Assembly: GCA_964019425.1 (NCBI GenBank) | Contig: OZ025804.1 | Span: 372,001 to 436,000 of the forward strand | Direction: 5' to 3' | Length of the DNA stretch: 64,000 bases | From: Flectonema sp. DT1601 | Taxonomy: Eukaryota | Program-made: the position numbers and the translations under genes | Notes under the pieces: model-generated | Database searches by the model: none | Seen by the model: only the letters and a program-made list of their open reading frames with translations | Told to the model about the DNA's origin: nothing | Part shown: piece by piece, positions 33,234 to 45,745 of the stretch | Layout: the number at the start of each line of letters is the position of its first letter | Numbering within the stretch: the first letter of the stretch is position 1

Positions 33234-34812
33234 AGTATTTTCCCTTTTTTGTTTTATTTTTTTTTTTTTTAAAAAGTGAAAATGAAAAAATTTAAAAATA
33301 CGCTAAGACAAGACAGGACCACCACCAGCAGCGATGAATATCTAAACTAACGCTCATCTCATATTGTAAATTTCTGTTTTTTTTTTTTAATGAAAAAGTG
33401 ATAAAGTAACCAATACATTGCTTCAACAGAGAGAGACAGAGAGAGAGAGACAAGAGAGGGATGAGGCAGACAACCAGTTGAGTATATTTCACACTGATCT
33501 ATAAAATGCCTTACCTCAGTTTGTTACTTTTTTTATCGATCTTACCAAACGTATAACAAGCAACCAATATTCGTTACAACGGGTAGTGACGGATAGTGAA
33601 GAAGCTCACGGGGTCACCAGTGATTAAGGTAACACATCCGTGAGACTTTCACAGGCGAGAAGAAGAAATAATAATCATAAAAGGAAACTTTTTTAATTCA
33701 AAAAAAAAAAAAAAAAGAAAAATGATGATTTACGATTTCCATTTTCGTTAAAAAATATTTTTTTATAAAAATATATTTGTTAATTTGTGTGCAACTAGGA
33801 ACAAGCCTAAAGTAAAAGGTCGTTTAGCTCAGTAATTCTACAGGCCTCCTTCGATAAAAACGAAGAAGAAGAAAAAAAAAAAGAAAGAAAAAAAAACAGA
33901 TGAACGAAAACCGTAAATTTATTTTAAAGCATGCAGAACACGTCTTAGAAAGAGAAAATACGACAAATAGAAAAAGGGAGAGCTACTGATGTGCTATCAG
34001 CGGCCATAACTGCCTAAATTCTCAAAAAAATAAAACAAAAAATTAGATCATCGATAATATGCCAAGTATTCTGATGCCGACTTACATCGTACTTTCGAAA
34101 GGCGACAACACAACACAGTTTTGATGCCTTATTAGCTCTTTGAAAGGCTACAAGACGCAAACCAATCTGAAGAAAAATGACTACCCAGGCCCACCACATA
34201 ATGAAGGCTGTTAGTATCATGTTTCAACCAAGAAGGATACGTATCAACGATGAAGTAAAAAAAAAAAAAAAAAAAATTTAAACGGAGGAGACTTATTCTA
34301 CCCAAAAAAACAAAACAACCTAACAATTTTTTTTCATATTTAAAATAAAAAAAAGTGGAGAGCAATAATTCGGAGGCTTTCACCCCTTTTTTTTTTTACC
34401 GTCAAAAAAAACCCGAACCTGTTCGGGCTCTTGGAGACAATATTTCATAAATAAATTCCTAAGGGAAAAGGGGAAAGCTAAAAAAAAAAAGAACAAAAAA
34501 GCAGCAGCAGAAAAAAAAAAAATTTTTTTTAAATAAATAGAAACTAGAGGCCACGTCAACATAGTTGAGCAACTCTTGCCGTAAGTTATTTGTTTCCCAA
34601 AAAAACGTAACTGAAACCGGTTAAAATGACTGGTGTACTTGTTCACGTAACTCGTCAGTTTTTTTTTTTTTTTCTTTCTCATAATTTCAATTAATGTTTT
34701 TCAATGACCAGTCCTCTTGAAATTTAGATACTTAAATCCGAGTAATCCGGTGAAACAATAAAAGTCATCACCCACTAGGTGTTCTTTGTAAATATCTTAT
34801 TTGAGGACGAAG

Positions 34813-34848
<36 letters not shown>

Positions 34849-34894
34849 AACACCCACTACCAATCATAAATCCACAGCTGTATAAAACTTTATA

Positions 34895-36295
34895 CTAACA
34901 AAGTGAACAAATTGACGGTTGTGGAAGAACTGGTCCTTTAGGAACAGGACAGTCAACGTCAACAATATTACTCGACTTAAACACAACAACAACTGGAACA
35001 TCAGTCGTTGCTTGAGGAAGAATGAATTTATTATCAAAACCTGGCTGTAAAACTTTATGATATACCACCATAGGTTTTGGAACAGAACTCGAAGGATGTA
35101 CAAAAGAAGGTGCGCATGATGTTGATTGCCATCCCTGCGACATAAGTACCCCAGGATACCCTCCATTCATTGAATAAGAACACGGTAAACAATGATAAAG
35201 ACTTATGAAATAATGACAAGGAGATGATTCGCAACAAGTTAGCTCTAAGACAGTACCCGATAACACCATTGGAAGAAACACATCTTTTCCTTCTAAGTAC
35301 TCAGGTAGCTTCCCAAAGTTAAAAGTGCTACTCACTACAGGTGACCAGACAGTATCAGTTGCTACGTTGTTGCAAATTCCATTTTCACATTTTCCTGAAA
35401 TTTTTATTTGTCCAGACGGACAAGTACAATGATAACTTCCAGGTTTATTAATACAAACTTCATCACTATTACAGATATCAGTTGTAAGACACTCATCAAT
35501 ATCTTCACAAGCATTCGATATTTCGTTGTAACCATTTAAACACCCACAGAATCCAGAAGGAAGGATTATCAGATCACCAGAACACTGTAATGGATAGCAC
35601 TCAAAAGATCCATCTGTGTTCTCACATCTCGTCATTAGTAGGTCGCAGTTGTGAGTTCCAGTTGAGCATTCGTCTTTATCATCGCAGACAGTTTTTCCAC
35701 CTTCAGTGTGTAGATTGTCATATCCTGAAAGACAGCGACAGATATAACCACCATTAGAATTAATGCAGTCTGTGTTGGTACCACATGGTGATTGTTCTGT
35801 GCATTCATTTATGTCTTCACAGAAATCTGGAATTTGTCTGTAGCCATCGGGACAACCACACACTCCTGATGGTAGTCTCATCATATTCCCAGGACATGAA
35901 AAAGGAACACAGATATAGTCACCAACAGTGTTTTCACACAATGATGAAATTGGATTACAAGAATGAGTTCCTTCGAGACACTCATCGAGGTCAGTGCATT
36001 CTGTGATTCCATTTATTTCGGTTTTGAATCCATAACCTGGCACGCAATTACATCTGTAGCCACCACTCCAATTAACACATCTAGTATTGTCACCGCAGGG
36101 GAATAACTCTCTACATTCATCAATGTCAATACAAGGGAGACTTGGATCGAATTGTTTTCTATATCCAGACAGGCAGGTACACTCACCACTTGATGTGTCA
36201 CACGCAAGTTCTTCAGTTTGTAAATCACACGGTCTGTCGCAAGGAACGGACTCTCCAACAGCAACGACCGCTGCGAATGCAAAGGCGGTTTTCAT
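34895..36295 (-). CDS. Secreted calcium-binding EGF-repeat protein
   Basis: Signal peptide MKTAFAFAAVVAVG, five D(I/L/K)(D/N)EC...C.N..G.(Y/F).C modules and a Cys-rich C-terminal domain. Confidence 0.9.
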   Translation of the reverse strand: MKTAFAFAAVVAVGESVPCDRPCDLQTEELACDTSSGECTCLSGYRKQFDPSLPCIDIDECRELFPCGDNTRCVNWSGGYRCNCVPGYGFKTEINGITECTDLDECLEGTHSCNPISSLCENTVGDYICVPFSCPGNMMRLPSGVCGCPDGYRQIPDFCEDINECTEQSPCGTNTDCINSNGGYICRCLSGYDNLHTEGGKTVCDDKDECSTGTHNCDLLMTRCENTDGSFECYPLQCSGDLIILPSGFCGCLNGYNEISNACEDIDECLTTDICNSDEVCINKPGSYHCTCPSGQIKISGKCENGICNNVATDTVWSPVVSSTFNFGKLPEYLEGKDVFLPMVLSGTVLELTCCESSPCHYFISLYHCLPCSYSMNGGYPGVLMSQGWQSTSCAPSFVHPSSSVPKPMVVYHKVLQPGFDNKFILPQATTDVPVVVVFKSSNIVDVDCPVPKGPVLPQPSICSLC

Positions 36296-36422
36296 TTTTT
36301 TTTTAAATAAAATAACTGAATGGAGGGGAGGTAAGAAGTTATATTTTGTATTTAATTTTTCTCTTTCCACAAAAAAATCATTCACTACGAAGTGAATCAG
36401 GCAGTGTAATCAAAACAACTGT

Positions 36423-37430
36423 TTACAATACGATACAGCTGCTATTATTCTTTTTAACAGTCTTCGTTGATTTCTCAAAGAGGTGGCGATTTACCTCCGG
36501 CAGTCTCAGTAAACTGATGGACGGACATTCTTTGAGGAAAGCCCCACCAACTGCTTCAACATTTTTCATATTAGATAAATCCAGCGTTGTAATGGAGGAG
36601 CAACGCATTACAAACATTGAACCAATCGTCGTCACGTTACCAAAACCTGACAAGTCAAGTTCTGTAAGAGAACTGCAAGCCATTAAGAACCCACCACTAA
36701 TAATATTTAAATTACTCAAACTCGACAAATCCAACACTTCAACTGAATTACATCCGGCGAGAAAATTATATCCAACAACCGTAACGTTACGTAAAGCTGA
36801 CAAATTAATTTCTTTTACTGAAGAACAATTAACGAGAAAACTCGACCCTATAGCTGTAACGCTACTGAAGCCTGTTAGATCAAGGCTAGTTAAATTCTGA
36901 CACCCTTCTAAGAAGCAATGTCCTATAGAGGCTACATTACTTAAACTTGATAGGTCTATTTTCGTAAGGCTGCTGCAGAATAACAAAAAATTGCATCCGA
37001 TGGCAGTTACGTCAGAATTTGAATTGAGAAATGAAATTGCAGAGATCGACGACGGAAGCAATTCACTACTAAATTTCAAGTAATTATCTTCAATGAAAGT
37101 GGGAGTGTCGAGGTATAAAAAACAATTATTACTATCAAGATGTTTAGTTACCATCTTTGATGTTTTTAACTCGTCGGTGAACCACGACTTGTTAAAAATT
37201 CGAAACTGTTTCTTTGTTGCAACAAACTCTAAAGTAACACCTATATAGTTGACCACTACTAGTGAGTTCTCATCTAACTTGTCGCCTGCAAATGAGAGCT
37301 CGACCTCGTCCGGATCGACATCCCACTCTTCAGAAGCAGCACATATCACGTCTCTAACAACAGATTCTGCCACAGCAGTGAATTCCACTGTTTTGAGTCC
37401 CAAATCAGGAAAGGTAACGAATATTAGCAT
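36423..37430 (-). CDS. Divergent UBL + LRR paralog with C-terminal CaaX (CIVL)
   Basis: FVTFPDLG..EEWDVD..VELSFAG, LDTPTF and GxxFLxxC repeats. Ends KKNNSSCIVL. Confidence 0.9.
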   Translation of the reverse strand: MLIFVTFPDLGLKTVEFTAVAESVVRDVICAASEEWDVDPDEVELSFAGDKLDENSLVVVNYIGVTLEFVATKKQFRIFNKSWFTDELKTSKMVTKHLDSNNCFLYLDTPTFIEDNYLKFSSELLPSSISAISFLNSNSDVTAIGCNFLLFCSSLTKIDLSSLSNVASIGHCFLEGCQNLTSLDLTGFSSVTAIGSSFLVNCSSVKEINLSALRNVTVVGYNFLAGCNSVEVLDLSSLSNLNIISGGFLMACSSLTELDLSGFGNVTTIGSMFVMRCSSITTLDLSNMKNVEAVGGAFLKECPSISLLRLPEVNRHLFEKSTKTVKKNNSSCIVL

Positions 37431-37535
37431 TGTTCTTTATTGGCGGGGCAGGTGGTGGTGGTAGAGGAGAGTGTGCTTTTAAAATGTGTGAAATACCATT
37501 TAAAATTATAATTATTTGAAAAAAATTCACACAAA

Positions 37536-38489
37536 TCACAATCCCTCAACAGGAACCCAAGGCCTGTATTGTTTATTATTCATCTTTGATGAATGTGTTG
37601 GTCGTTCTCTCATTGGTGTTTCTTTAAACTTAGTCATAATGATCTTTTCACCCTCTTGAACGTTGCAACCACAATGCCAAGCATGTTGATTATATATATA
37701 TTCTGAGCCTTGGGGATTAAGACCGAATGCTGATGAAAACAGTAGCGCTGATCCAGAGGAGGGTACGATGGATATCCCGGCAGTACCTTTGCAAGTTTTT
37801 TCAAAATGAGTGTTGTACGGGTGGTCAAGTTTGGGATCAAAACTAACATGTCGAGAGTAACCTTTCTCAAACCCATTAAGCTGTGATGAAATATCTGATA
37901 GCAGATTCTGAGAGTCTGGAGATTGTTTTCCGAGAAGAGGAAAAGCAGTTCGACCTCCTGCTTCAGGCTGAACCATATACATAATTATCGTTTTGGTCCT
38001 ATGTGGCCTCGTGTCTGTTTCGTGATGAAGCCCATAAGGAAAATAGTTCCCACCACGAATCAAGTTTCCATTCTTCTTGGGTAATATGCGAGCAATACTT
38101 AACATATCTTCGTGTAGGTGGGGTGTTATTCCAGTCCAGTTCGCTACCCTCAGTTCAATATTTTTAATTACCAAATCTTTATTAAATTTATCGGATAATT
38201 TGTTTATGTTTGTTGGAACCAACCAATCATTATCCCCAGTAGGACTGGCTTCCCAACCTCCATTTTCTTTTATCATATTGAGGATGTGAAGTATTTCAGA
38301 CTGAGATATAAACTCATGCGAAGTCCACACATACTTATCCAGTTCTACGAAATCAGTCGGAGAGAACTGTTCAATTTGACTGATGTGTTTTTGATAAGCA
38401 GCCATGACAGAGAGTACTACCACAACGATACCAATTAAAATGTTAACCATCGCTGAGTTAGATTGCCTTGCTGGTTGCGGGGTAGTCAT
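37536..38489 (-). CDS. Prolyl 4-hydroxylase-like 2OG-Fe(II) oxygenase with N-terminal membrane anchor
   Basis: IELRVANWTG, LHHETD, TIIMYM..PEAGGRTAFP and HCGCNVQEGEKIIMTK. Confidence 0.8.
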   Translation of the reverse strand: MTTPQPARQSNSAMVNILIGIVVVVLSVMAAYQKHISQIEQFSPTDFVELDKYVWTSHEFISQSEILHILNMIKENGGWEASPTGDNDWLVPTNINKLSDKFNKDLVIKNIELRVANWTGITPHLHEDMLSIARILPKKNGNLIRGGNYFPYGLHHETDTRPHRTKTIIMYMVQPEAGGRTAFPLLGKQSPDSQNLLSDISSQLNGFEKGYSRHVSFDPKLDHPYNTHFEKTCKGTAGISIVPSSGSALLFSSAFGLNPQGSEYIYNQHAWHCGCNVQEGEKIIMTKFKETPMRERPTHSSKMNNKQYRPWVPVEGL

Positions 38490-38830
38490 GTTTGCTGAAG
38501 AACAGGACTGTTTGAAAATGAGAAACAAAAGAAAGAAAGAAAAGAAATTTTAACTACAACCACAATCCCCATCAGCGACATTTCTTGTTTTTGGTTGTCA
38601 CCTAAACTGTATTCAAAATGTGTGATAATTAGTGACACAAATAAACGATAATAAAATTAACCGAATTGAAGTACAAAAAAATACAAAAAAAAAAACAAAA
38701 AAAAATTGAAAAAGAAAAGAAAGGATAGTTGTTAAACCTAAGTAAAACCTTAAAAATAATAATAATAATAATCTATAATAGTACATTGTCAGAAACCTGA
38801 CCTTTTTTCTTTTTTTTTATTTTTTTTTTT

Positions 38831-41800
38831 TTATGATTCCCAACAAAGTTTTCCCCTCCTGGGAGATAATGGATCAGTACCAGTCAGACTCCCCCATCTC
38901 ATCGTCTTACGAGGAATTGATGATTGAATTCCATTAGCCTGCTGCTGCTGATTAAAAAGTCCTTCGTCAAACACAGCTGCTGCGACATGATATGACTGCT
39001 CTACTTCTATCGGTGGTGGTATTGGAACAGCTACCCGTACGTGTTTTGATACTAACGATTCATCATCGATATTGAAAAGCGCAGATTTGAGAAAATCCAC
39101 AGCAGGCAATCCACCCGTCGGAGTCGGCGTACTCGACAAGAACAAAACTCTGGAATTCACCGACAAACAAACATCTCTCAAAACCACTGATAACGCCTCT
39201 CCCTGAACTCTACTGTTTATGGCGGTTACGAATGCTCTTGTGAAGTCACAGTTGGATGAATCAGCAGATAAAATAGTAATATTTGATTTGATTGTAGAAA
39301 TACTACTTGTCGTAGTGTGCATTGGTCTATTAGGACTTCTTCTATCAGGTATAATGTCCTCACGAGATCTCGTTAATAGATTCCTGCTAAGTAATGAGAT
39401 CTGTTCTTCATTGAATCCATCGATAAAAAGAGAAATCACAACACCAGATGGAACTAATTGTAAAACTGATACTAACGATCTGACAAACAGATTTAGATCA
39501 TCAGAAGACGAGTTGTTTATGTATAGAAAAAGTTTATCTCCTGGCTGAATATCTCCGTAAGACTCTGAGAGTAATGATTGAATAGTTGCCAAGCAAGACT
39601 TCACACCATCGATTGGAATTGTTTGGATTAACTCATCGTCGATATTGTTGCGAATCAGGAGTCTACTAAACAGAGTAACCGAGTAAGGGTCGTGTGATAA
39701 TAAAAAATATCTCTTTCTCTGAGAGTATGACTTTGTCCCAGTTGGGGTTCCATGTTCTGGTTCTTCACCAAGAAAAAGTTCTCGTCCGATGTCAGCGACG
39801 GAATTCCTATCAGAAATATGATTCTTTGTTTCATCATCGCTGTCTACTCCAGGAACAGTTTGCGTACTGTCCTTTCGAAGTGGTGGTATTGATTGTAATA
39901 CTCCAACAGGTGTAACTGGTGACGTGACACCAACAGCTGCTTGTGTACCTCCAACAGGACTTTTATTATTTTCTGATTGTTGTTTTGATGAGTTCAGTAA
40001 CTGTAATAGGTTATCTCTCAAGGCTTCAACTCTCGAAGGATTGTAAGCAGGTTTCTGATGATCAACAACGGGATCTTCTCTTGGAAATAATTTAGATCTT
40101 ATATCAAGATTAGGAAGTGTCGTTCCAGTCAATTGAAAAGGCAACACACCATCGGGAGAGGGAAGACTTTGCATTTTTGGTGTACTCCCGAGAGGAGGAA
40201 CAGTCGTGTCAGACTGTGCTACAGCGTGTCTTGGTGTTATGTTCCCAAGACCACTTGGACCTGCTGGGCTCGCCATAAATCGAAGTCCGACAGACGTAAC
40301 TCGTTCAACAGCTGGTGCTGATCTGAGTTCATCATTTTGATTATTTGATTGCAAGACTGGAACATTTGATTGACCAGAAATACCAACTTCCGAACGATTA
40401 TCATTACCAGCAGTGCTACTACTGCTGGTTAACGGAATATTAACTGCTGGGCTTGCAGCAGAATTTGTAACTTGAGACATTGGTGAGCTCGCAATCACAG
40501 CAGCATACTTTGGAGCTGGTTGAACTGCCGGGGGCAACACCTCCGATCCTAAAGTGGCTGGTCTTCGATGTTTTGGTTTTGCGCGTACTTCTTCACTTCC
40601 TTCACTTTCGCCATCGCTCTTATTTATTTCTTTACCCTGTTGTTCCTCTCCAGCAATCTGACTCTTCAGCGCCCATTCTTTGTTCTCGTCGTTTAATTTT
40701 TGAATCTGTGCCTGCAGACGACTATTTTCGAATTGTAATGCTTCAAGCTTTGATCGTTCATCCTTTTCTTTTTCACTTGAGACGGCTGTTGTTGCGCTTG
40801 ATGACGATGATGAAGACGTCTGTTGAGTAGGTGTTGGGATAACTACATCTTTAAGCTTTGATCCTTGACCACCTTCAATTGCCGTAAGTACGATAGATGG
40901 CATCTCATGAGTTACGATCTTATTGGATGCTTCTGTTGGGGACTTTTCGCGGTCGGGTTGGTGTGATGGCTGTTGGCCGCTGTCATCTTCCGTTTTTTTC
41001 TCTTTTTCATCTAATTTTTCCAGCAATCCACTAAATTTATTTCCCAGCTGCTCAATCTGAGTAAACAATTCATTCATTTGTTGGTCCTTTGGGGGAGTAC
41101 TCGAAGTAGCAACAACTTTTTGATGATCACCTGCTTCTGAGTTACCATCAGCCGAGTGCCGAACACATTCCTCTGCAGCAGCAGCGACACTCGATAAACC
41201 AAACGAAGCAGGTCTTTGAACTGATTTTACAGGGGTGTAGTTAGGAGCTGGAGGAGAGCTGCTGCTGATACTTCTGAGAGTCTGATAAAAGTCGTACTCT
41301 GGATATTTTATTTGCAAGTCAAGAAGCAGACGAGGCTCTCTCCCAGTGTGCTGTTTCAACAGCCTGTCAACCTGCCCCAATCGATGAGAGAATAAATTAT
41401 TTTGCTTTCTGTAAAATGTTGTAACCACCTGACGAACTTCATCCGGAGTAGGAGGATTTCTTTTATTCAAAGCATCAAGATAATTCAAAGGAGATGAAAC
41501 ACTAAAATTAGTACCGGGGGGGCTCATAACCGAAGGTGTTGTAAACGCTCCTGCTGGTGGTGACGGAGCACTTGAGCCGTCCTCTGCTGGAGGTAATCTC
41601 AAATGACTAACACCACACTTTGCTTGTGGAGTATAAGCTTCTTTAGGCTGCTTGTCAGAGGCACTGTCTTCGGCTACTGCTGATTTCCCAGACGTAGTTT
41701 TTGTATTAACCTTTGAATGCACACGGTCAGATTCTACTGATCCATCAGAACTCTGGTAGCTGTCGGGTGTTCCACTAATGGCAGGGGTTGAAGATGACCC

Positions 41801-43358
41801 AGAAGTAGATACGTCGTCTTCACTACTCTCACTACCTTCTTCAGTCCTCGCAGCTATCGATGCTGTTAGTGGAGCGTTACTTCCTTGACGCTTTAAGTAC
41901 TGTCTGATATTATCACTTGAGTTACCAATATTTGACTGCACTTGTTGCTGTTGTTGTTGCTGCTGTGGCTGTGGATGTGTCTGTGGCTGTGGCTGTGCTT
42001 GTGGCTGTGAAGCCTGTTGCTGTTGCTGCAGCCATTTCCCCGTCGATACCCGTCGGCCAATTCCTGTTTTTTTTTTTAATATCATTAGTCATTTCCATTC
42101 GACTGGAATACATCAAAGCAAGTAAATAAAATAAACTAAATTACATACCTCCAGGTGTTACCGCAGGAGTGGTGTCATCTTCTTTGAGAGACGCCTGTCG
42201 GCTGGGGCTTGAGACCTGCTGGTTTACTATAACTTTTGCGGAGTTGGGGAGTCTGAGTGGACGATCTACCTCAATTGTTTTCCATTCATCTCTGGAATAT
42301 TTCTTTACAAGTCGGAGATGTTTTACCATTCTTTTCTTTGATTGAACTGGAGTCACTCTCGCATTTGCCAAATTCTTAACAACTTTAATAAGTTCGTGAA
42401 ATACTCTCGGCTCAATAACACTCAAAAATAAATCATACTGTGAGGGGACAATGATTCCAATCGCTGTGTCGTTTGTTCTTATTTCCGATATTAAAGGAAG
42501 CGGAATTACCCTTTTAATACAATCTTTTAGTTCTTTTGATTTTGATGGTTTGATGCTGTAAAGAGCTTCTTGAGTGACCACAATGATTCTTGTGGTTTCC
42601 ATGATCCAGCCGTGACCCATTTTATTGACTTCCGCAGCGAAGTAGACTGCTGTTTCGGTATCTTCGAAGACTGATCTTAGTTGGTGAGCGACATTCTTAG
42701 CTAAGTCTGCAGTGGTTAATCTCATCAAATCGATATCGCTAATCACAGCCAATGGAGTGGTGTTCGCAGCTGATAGTGAAAACCTACTCAGGTCAGATGC
42801 TTTTTTTTTATAAACTTGTTCAGGATCTTTTTTAAAGTTACCCTTCGCCAACAACCCCTTCCTACCCAAACCAGACGGCACTACCGTGATTGACACTTTC
42901 TCAAATCCCAAGTAATCCCTCATATTGTTTATCGATAATACAATTTCATCAATATCATTATTCAGGTTGTGTGTAGTCGGTGGTTGCTCAATCAATACGC
43001 TGGGAAGGTCTTCAGATTGCTCTCCTATAATAAACAAATCAGTAGGAACTCCCTTTACCTCTTGTCTATATATTTGTTTTATTCGTCCGACGTGAACTAC
43101 GATTCGAAGTAGCTTTGTTTTTGGATCACATATGTAGATATCTTCTTTGTGGAGTACTAGTACTTGTTTATGTTTGTCTTCGTCTTTGCTGATTACTATA
43201 ATTTCTCTACAACAGGTCATGTTTTGATGAAATACGCTGAATTCTTTTAACTTCGGAGGACATTCGATTGGTGACGGAGGATGTTTTCCTCTCATGCTGG
43301 ATCCTAATTTCGGAGTGACCGGAAGATCCTTTCCATCGCTGTAAATTCGTTGTTCCAT
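38831..43358 (-). CDS. 1480-aa protein in 2 exons (43358-42149, 42063-38831): two PH/myosin-TH1-like domains, low-complexity/coiled-coil region, degenerate metacaspase-like C-terminus
   Basis: An 85-nt intron 42064-42148 (GTATGT..CTAAT..CAG) joins ORFs 42141..43358 and 38831..42085 in frame. VYFAAEVNKM..RIIVVTQEALY..IKRVIPL..I..IGIIVPSQYDL is TH1-like. Confidence 0.75.
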
Positions 43359-43525
43359 TTTCTTTTTTTTTTTACTGCTGCTAATGAAGAGTTAATGATG
43401 TTTTTTTCTTTTTTTTTTTTTTTTTCTTGAATGTCCCGACAACAAAACGAATATTGAAACCAAGTGTTGGTTGCACTCAACCTCTCGTTTTCTTAGTATG
43501 TTATGTAACAAATATGACTACATTA

Positions 43526-44020
43526 TTAACTACCTCTAATCTTATCAAGCATGTCACCGAGTACTCCTGACGATTTATTTGATGGTTTCCATCCCATAGA
43601 AGTTTCTCGAAGATTATCGATTGTGAGTCCTTCATCTGGTCGAGGAATCTTTTTCATTTCGTATTCCATCTTACCTTGACCTTTCATATTTATTATGTTT
43701 TGTTTTGATTGTTGTTCTTGTTGTCGGAATTCACTTTTCGACAGATCAGTTTGATCTTCTTCTCGTAGCAGTCGTTTAGTCTCTTGAGTATGCTGTACCG
43801 TCGTACCTCTCTTCGATTCATTTGTTTTATCATAAGCTTTCTTATTAGCATGACCTATAATGTACGCCATGCCTATCAAGACTGCGTTAAACTTCCACAC
43901 AGATCTCCATGTTAAACCAGGAACTAACTCTGCTGGTCCAGTTTTACGGTCCAATTTAGGATTACGCGCAAACGCCCAGTCTCTCCTTCTCATAATCTGA
44001 GCTTGTTTATATAAAGACAT
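43526..44020 (-). CDS. Hypothetical protein with one TM helix
   Basis: 164-aa ORF on the cluster strand with hydrophobic FNAVLIGMAYIIG. Confidence 0.7.
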   Translation of the reverse strand: MSLYKQAQIMRRRDWAFARNPKLDRKTGPAELVPGLTWRSVWKFNAVLIGMAYIIGHANKKAYDKTNESKRGTTVQHTQETKRLLREEDQTDLSKSEFRQQEQQSKQNIINMKGQGKMEYEMKKIPRPDEGLTIDNLRETSMGWKPSNKSSGVLGDMLDKIRGS

Positions 44021-44173
44021 ATGTTATAGTTTTTTTGATATTCTGAAAGGAACATAAGATGATGAAAAAAAAGTAATGAAGCTACTCGAAGGATTACCAA
44101 ACAGAAAGTAATCGTTAAAAAAAAAAAATAATAAAATAAAACCAAATTGTGTAAATAAGTATCTCGAGTAGTA

Positions 44174-45745
44174 TCACATTAGGGATCTCGGCAGAGGAAT
44201 AACGTCGTTCGGTTCCTTTGGTCTCGGAGGGAAGTATGTCGCATATGAATTAATATTCTCAACAGGTTGAAGTTGCAGCCAACAAGTAAAATCTTTAACA
44301 AGAAATCCAGAACTGGATCTCACAGATAGCCAATTCAGAGTCTGCAAGAGAAAGTCAGATTGAGGAAGTGAAAAGGGTAAATCTTCTGATGGTAATGTGA
44401 GATCTGCGACATTACAACTCGGAAACAATCGAAGCTGCTCAAAACAATTTGGAGATTGAACCGAAAGTAGTGAAACATGAAGTAAATAATCAACAACTAC
44501 AGGAGGAAATATTGATTTTATCTTTTCTACTAATTCACCTCTCGTAGTCTTTTCCAACCCACTGAAGTCAGACTGAATACATGCGTTGTTAAGTTCACGT
44601 GAGAATCTCATTCCGTGTCTTTCTCGATTAATGCAATGCCATTTTCTCATTACATCAGCTCCCTGAGTTCCAATATTCATCAAGCAATAGGTTATTAGGC
44701 TTGATAGTTCAGGTAGGGTTCGACTTGACTTTCGATCGTCTTCAATCCATTTTAGAATACACTCTTCGATGTGTTTTACGTTTCCGTCTGCTTCAGTAGA
44801 TTGGTTTCTCAATACTGATGATATAATCCTTTTAATGTGAATGTATACTTTACATAATTCATTGTTAGTGATGATGGTTGGTTCATCTCGACCACTCTGC
44901 AAGAATTGTTTCTTAAAACACGCGATGTGTGATGATAGCAACGGGTATCTACTCCGACATTTCGATAAATCTTCAATCCTTCCTTGAAGTATATCAAGCT
45001 CTCTCATAACAAAACTAATACCCATATATAACGGAACAAGAAGTCCTGTGAGGTGAGACACATCACTTCGATTCAAGTTATTAGAAATGAGACCATCCTC
45101 TTGCAGAACATACGGAAAATAATTTCCCAAAATAGGACACAACAAATGGTCACTCACAATGCAATGATCTGGTGACTGTTGTTTGCGCATAGCCTCATCA
45201 CGTAATTTAACTTTAGAATTGTGAAAACATAAAAAATCAATTTCCTGAAATAAAAATAAATCAGAAAGAGACGAGAAAATCATTCTCGAAAAATCAATTT
45301 CGGTGACAGAAACGTTTAAGCGAGCTAATTTAGACAAGTGTCGCAGAGCAGATCGGTGAATGTCGTTGTCCTTCACAATGAAAGTTGTGAGATTGACGTG
45401 ATCAGCTAGAAGCGGAACAATACCCTCTATGGTAGCAGAGTTAATTCCACAACCTGATAAATTAATTGTTTCTATTCCAGGTACTTTCCTTATCGCAATC
45501 AAGGCTGCTGTGACATTCTTCCGACCACAATAACTATTAGAAAGATTAAGTTGTGATGTCTGTATACAATCTCTGATTTCTTTTTGTATCAAAAGGTTGA
45601 TTTTAATTCCCCATTTTCGACATATTCTTTGATATGTTTCACATTCATTGTCACATCTTGAATCACTCTCGTCGTCTAGCACTGCACGGAGATCAGATGA
45701 CAGAATGTTACAAGAAAGAGGTCTTTGCAGTAGTACTTCCATCAC
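44174..45745 (-). CDS. RNI-like LRR-containing protein
   Basis: YQRICRKWGIK.N, LNLSNSYCG, INLSGCGI and LTTFIVKDNDI in a 523-aa ORF. Confidence 0.75.
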   Translation of the reverse strand: MMEVLLQRPLSCNILSSDLRAVLDDESDSRCDNECETYQRICRKWGIKINLLIQKEIRDCIQTSQLNLSNSYCGRKNVTAALIAIRKVPGIETINLSGCGINSATIEGIVPLLADHVNLTTFIVKDNDIHRSALRHLSKLARLNVSVTEIDFSRMIFSSLSDLFLFQEIDFLCFHNSKVKLRDEAMRKQQSPDHCIVSDHLLCPILGNYFPYVLQEDGLISNNLNRSDVSHLTGLLVPLYMGISFVMRELDILQGRIEDLSKCRSRYPLLSSHIACFKKQFLQSGRDEPTIITNNELCKVYIHIKRIISSVLRNQSTEADGNVKHIEECILKWIEDDRKSSRTLPELSSLITYCLMNIGTQGADVMRKWHCINRERHGMRFSRELNNACIQSDFSGLEKTTRGELVEKIKSIFPPVVVDYLLHVSLLSVQSPNCFEQLRLFPSCNVADLTLPSEDLPFSLPQSDFLLQTLNWLSVRSSSGFLVKDFTCWLQLQPVENINSYATYFPPRPKEPNDVIPLPRSLM

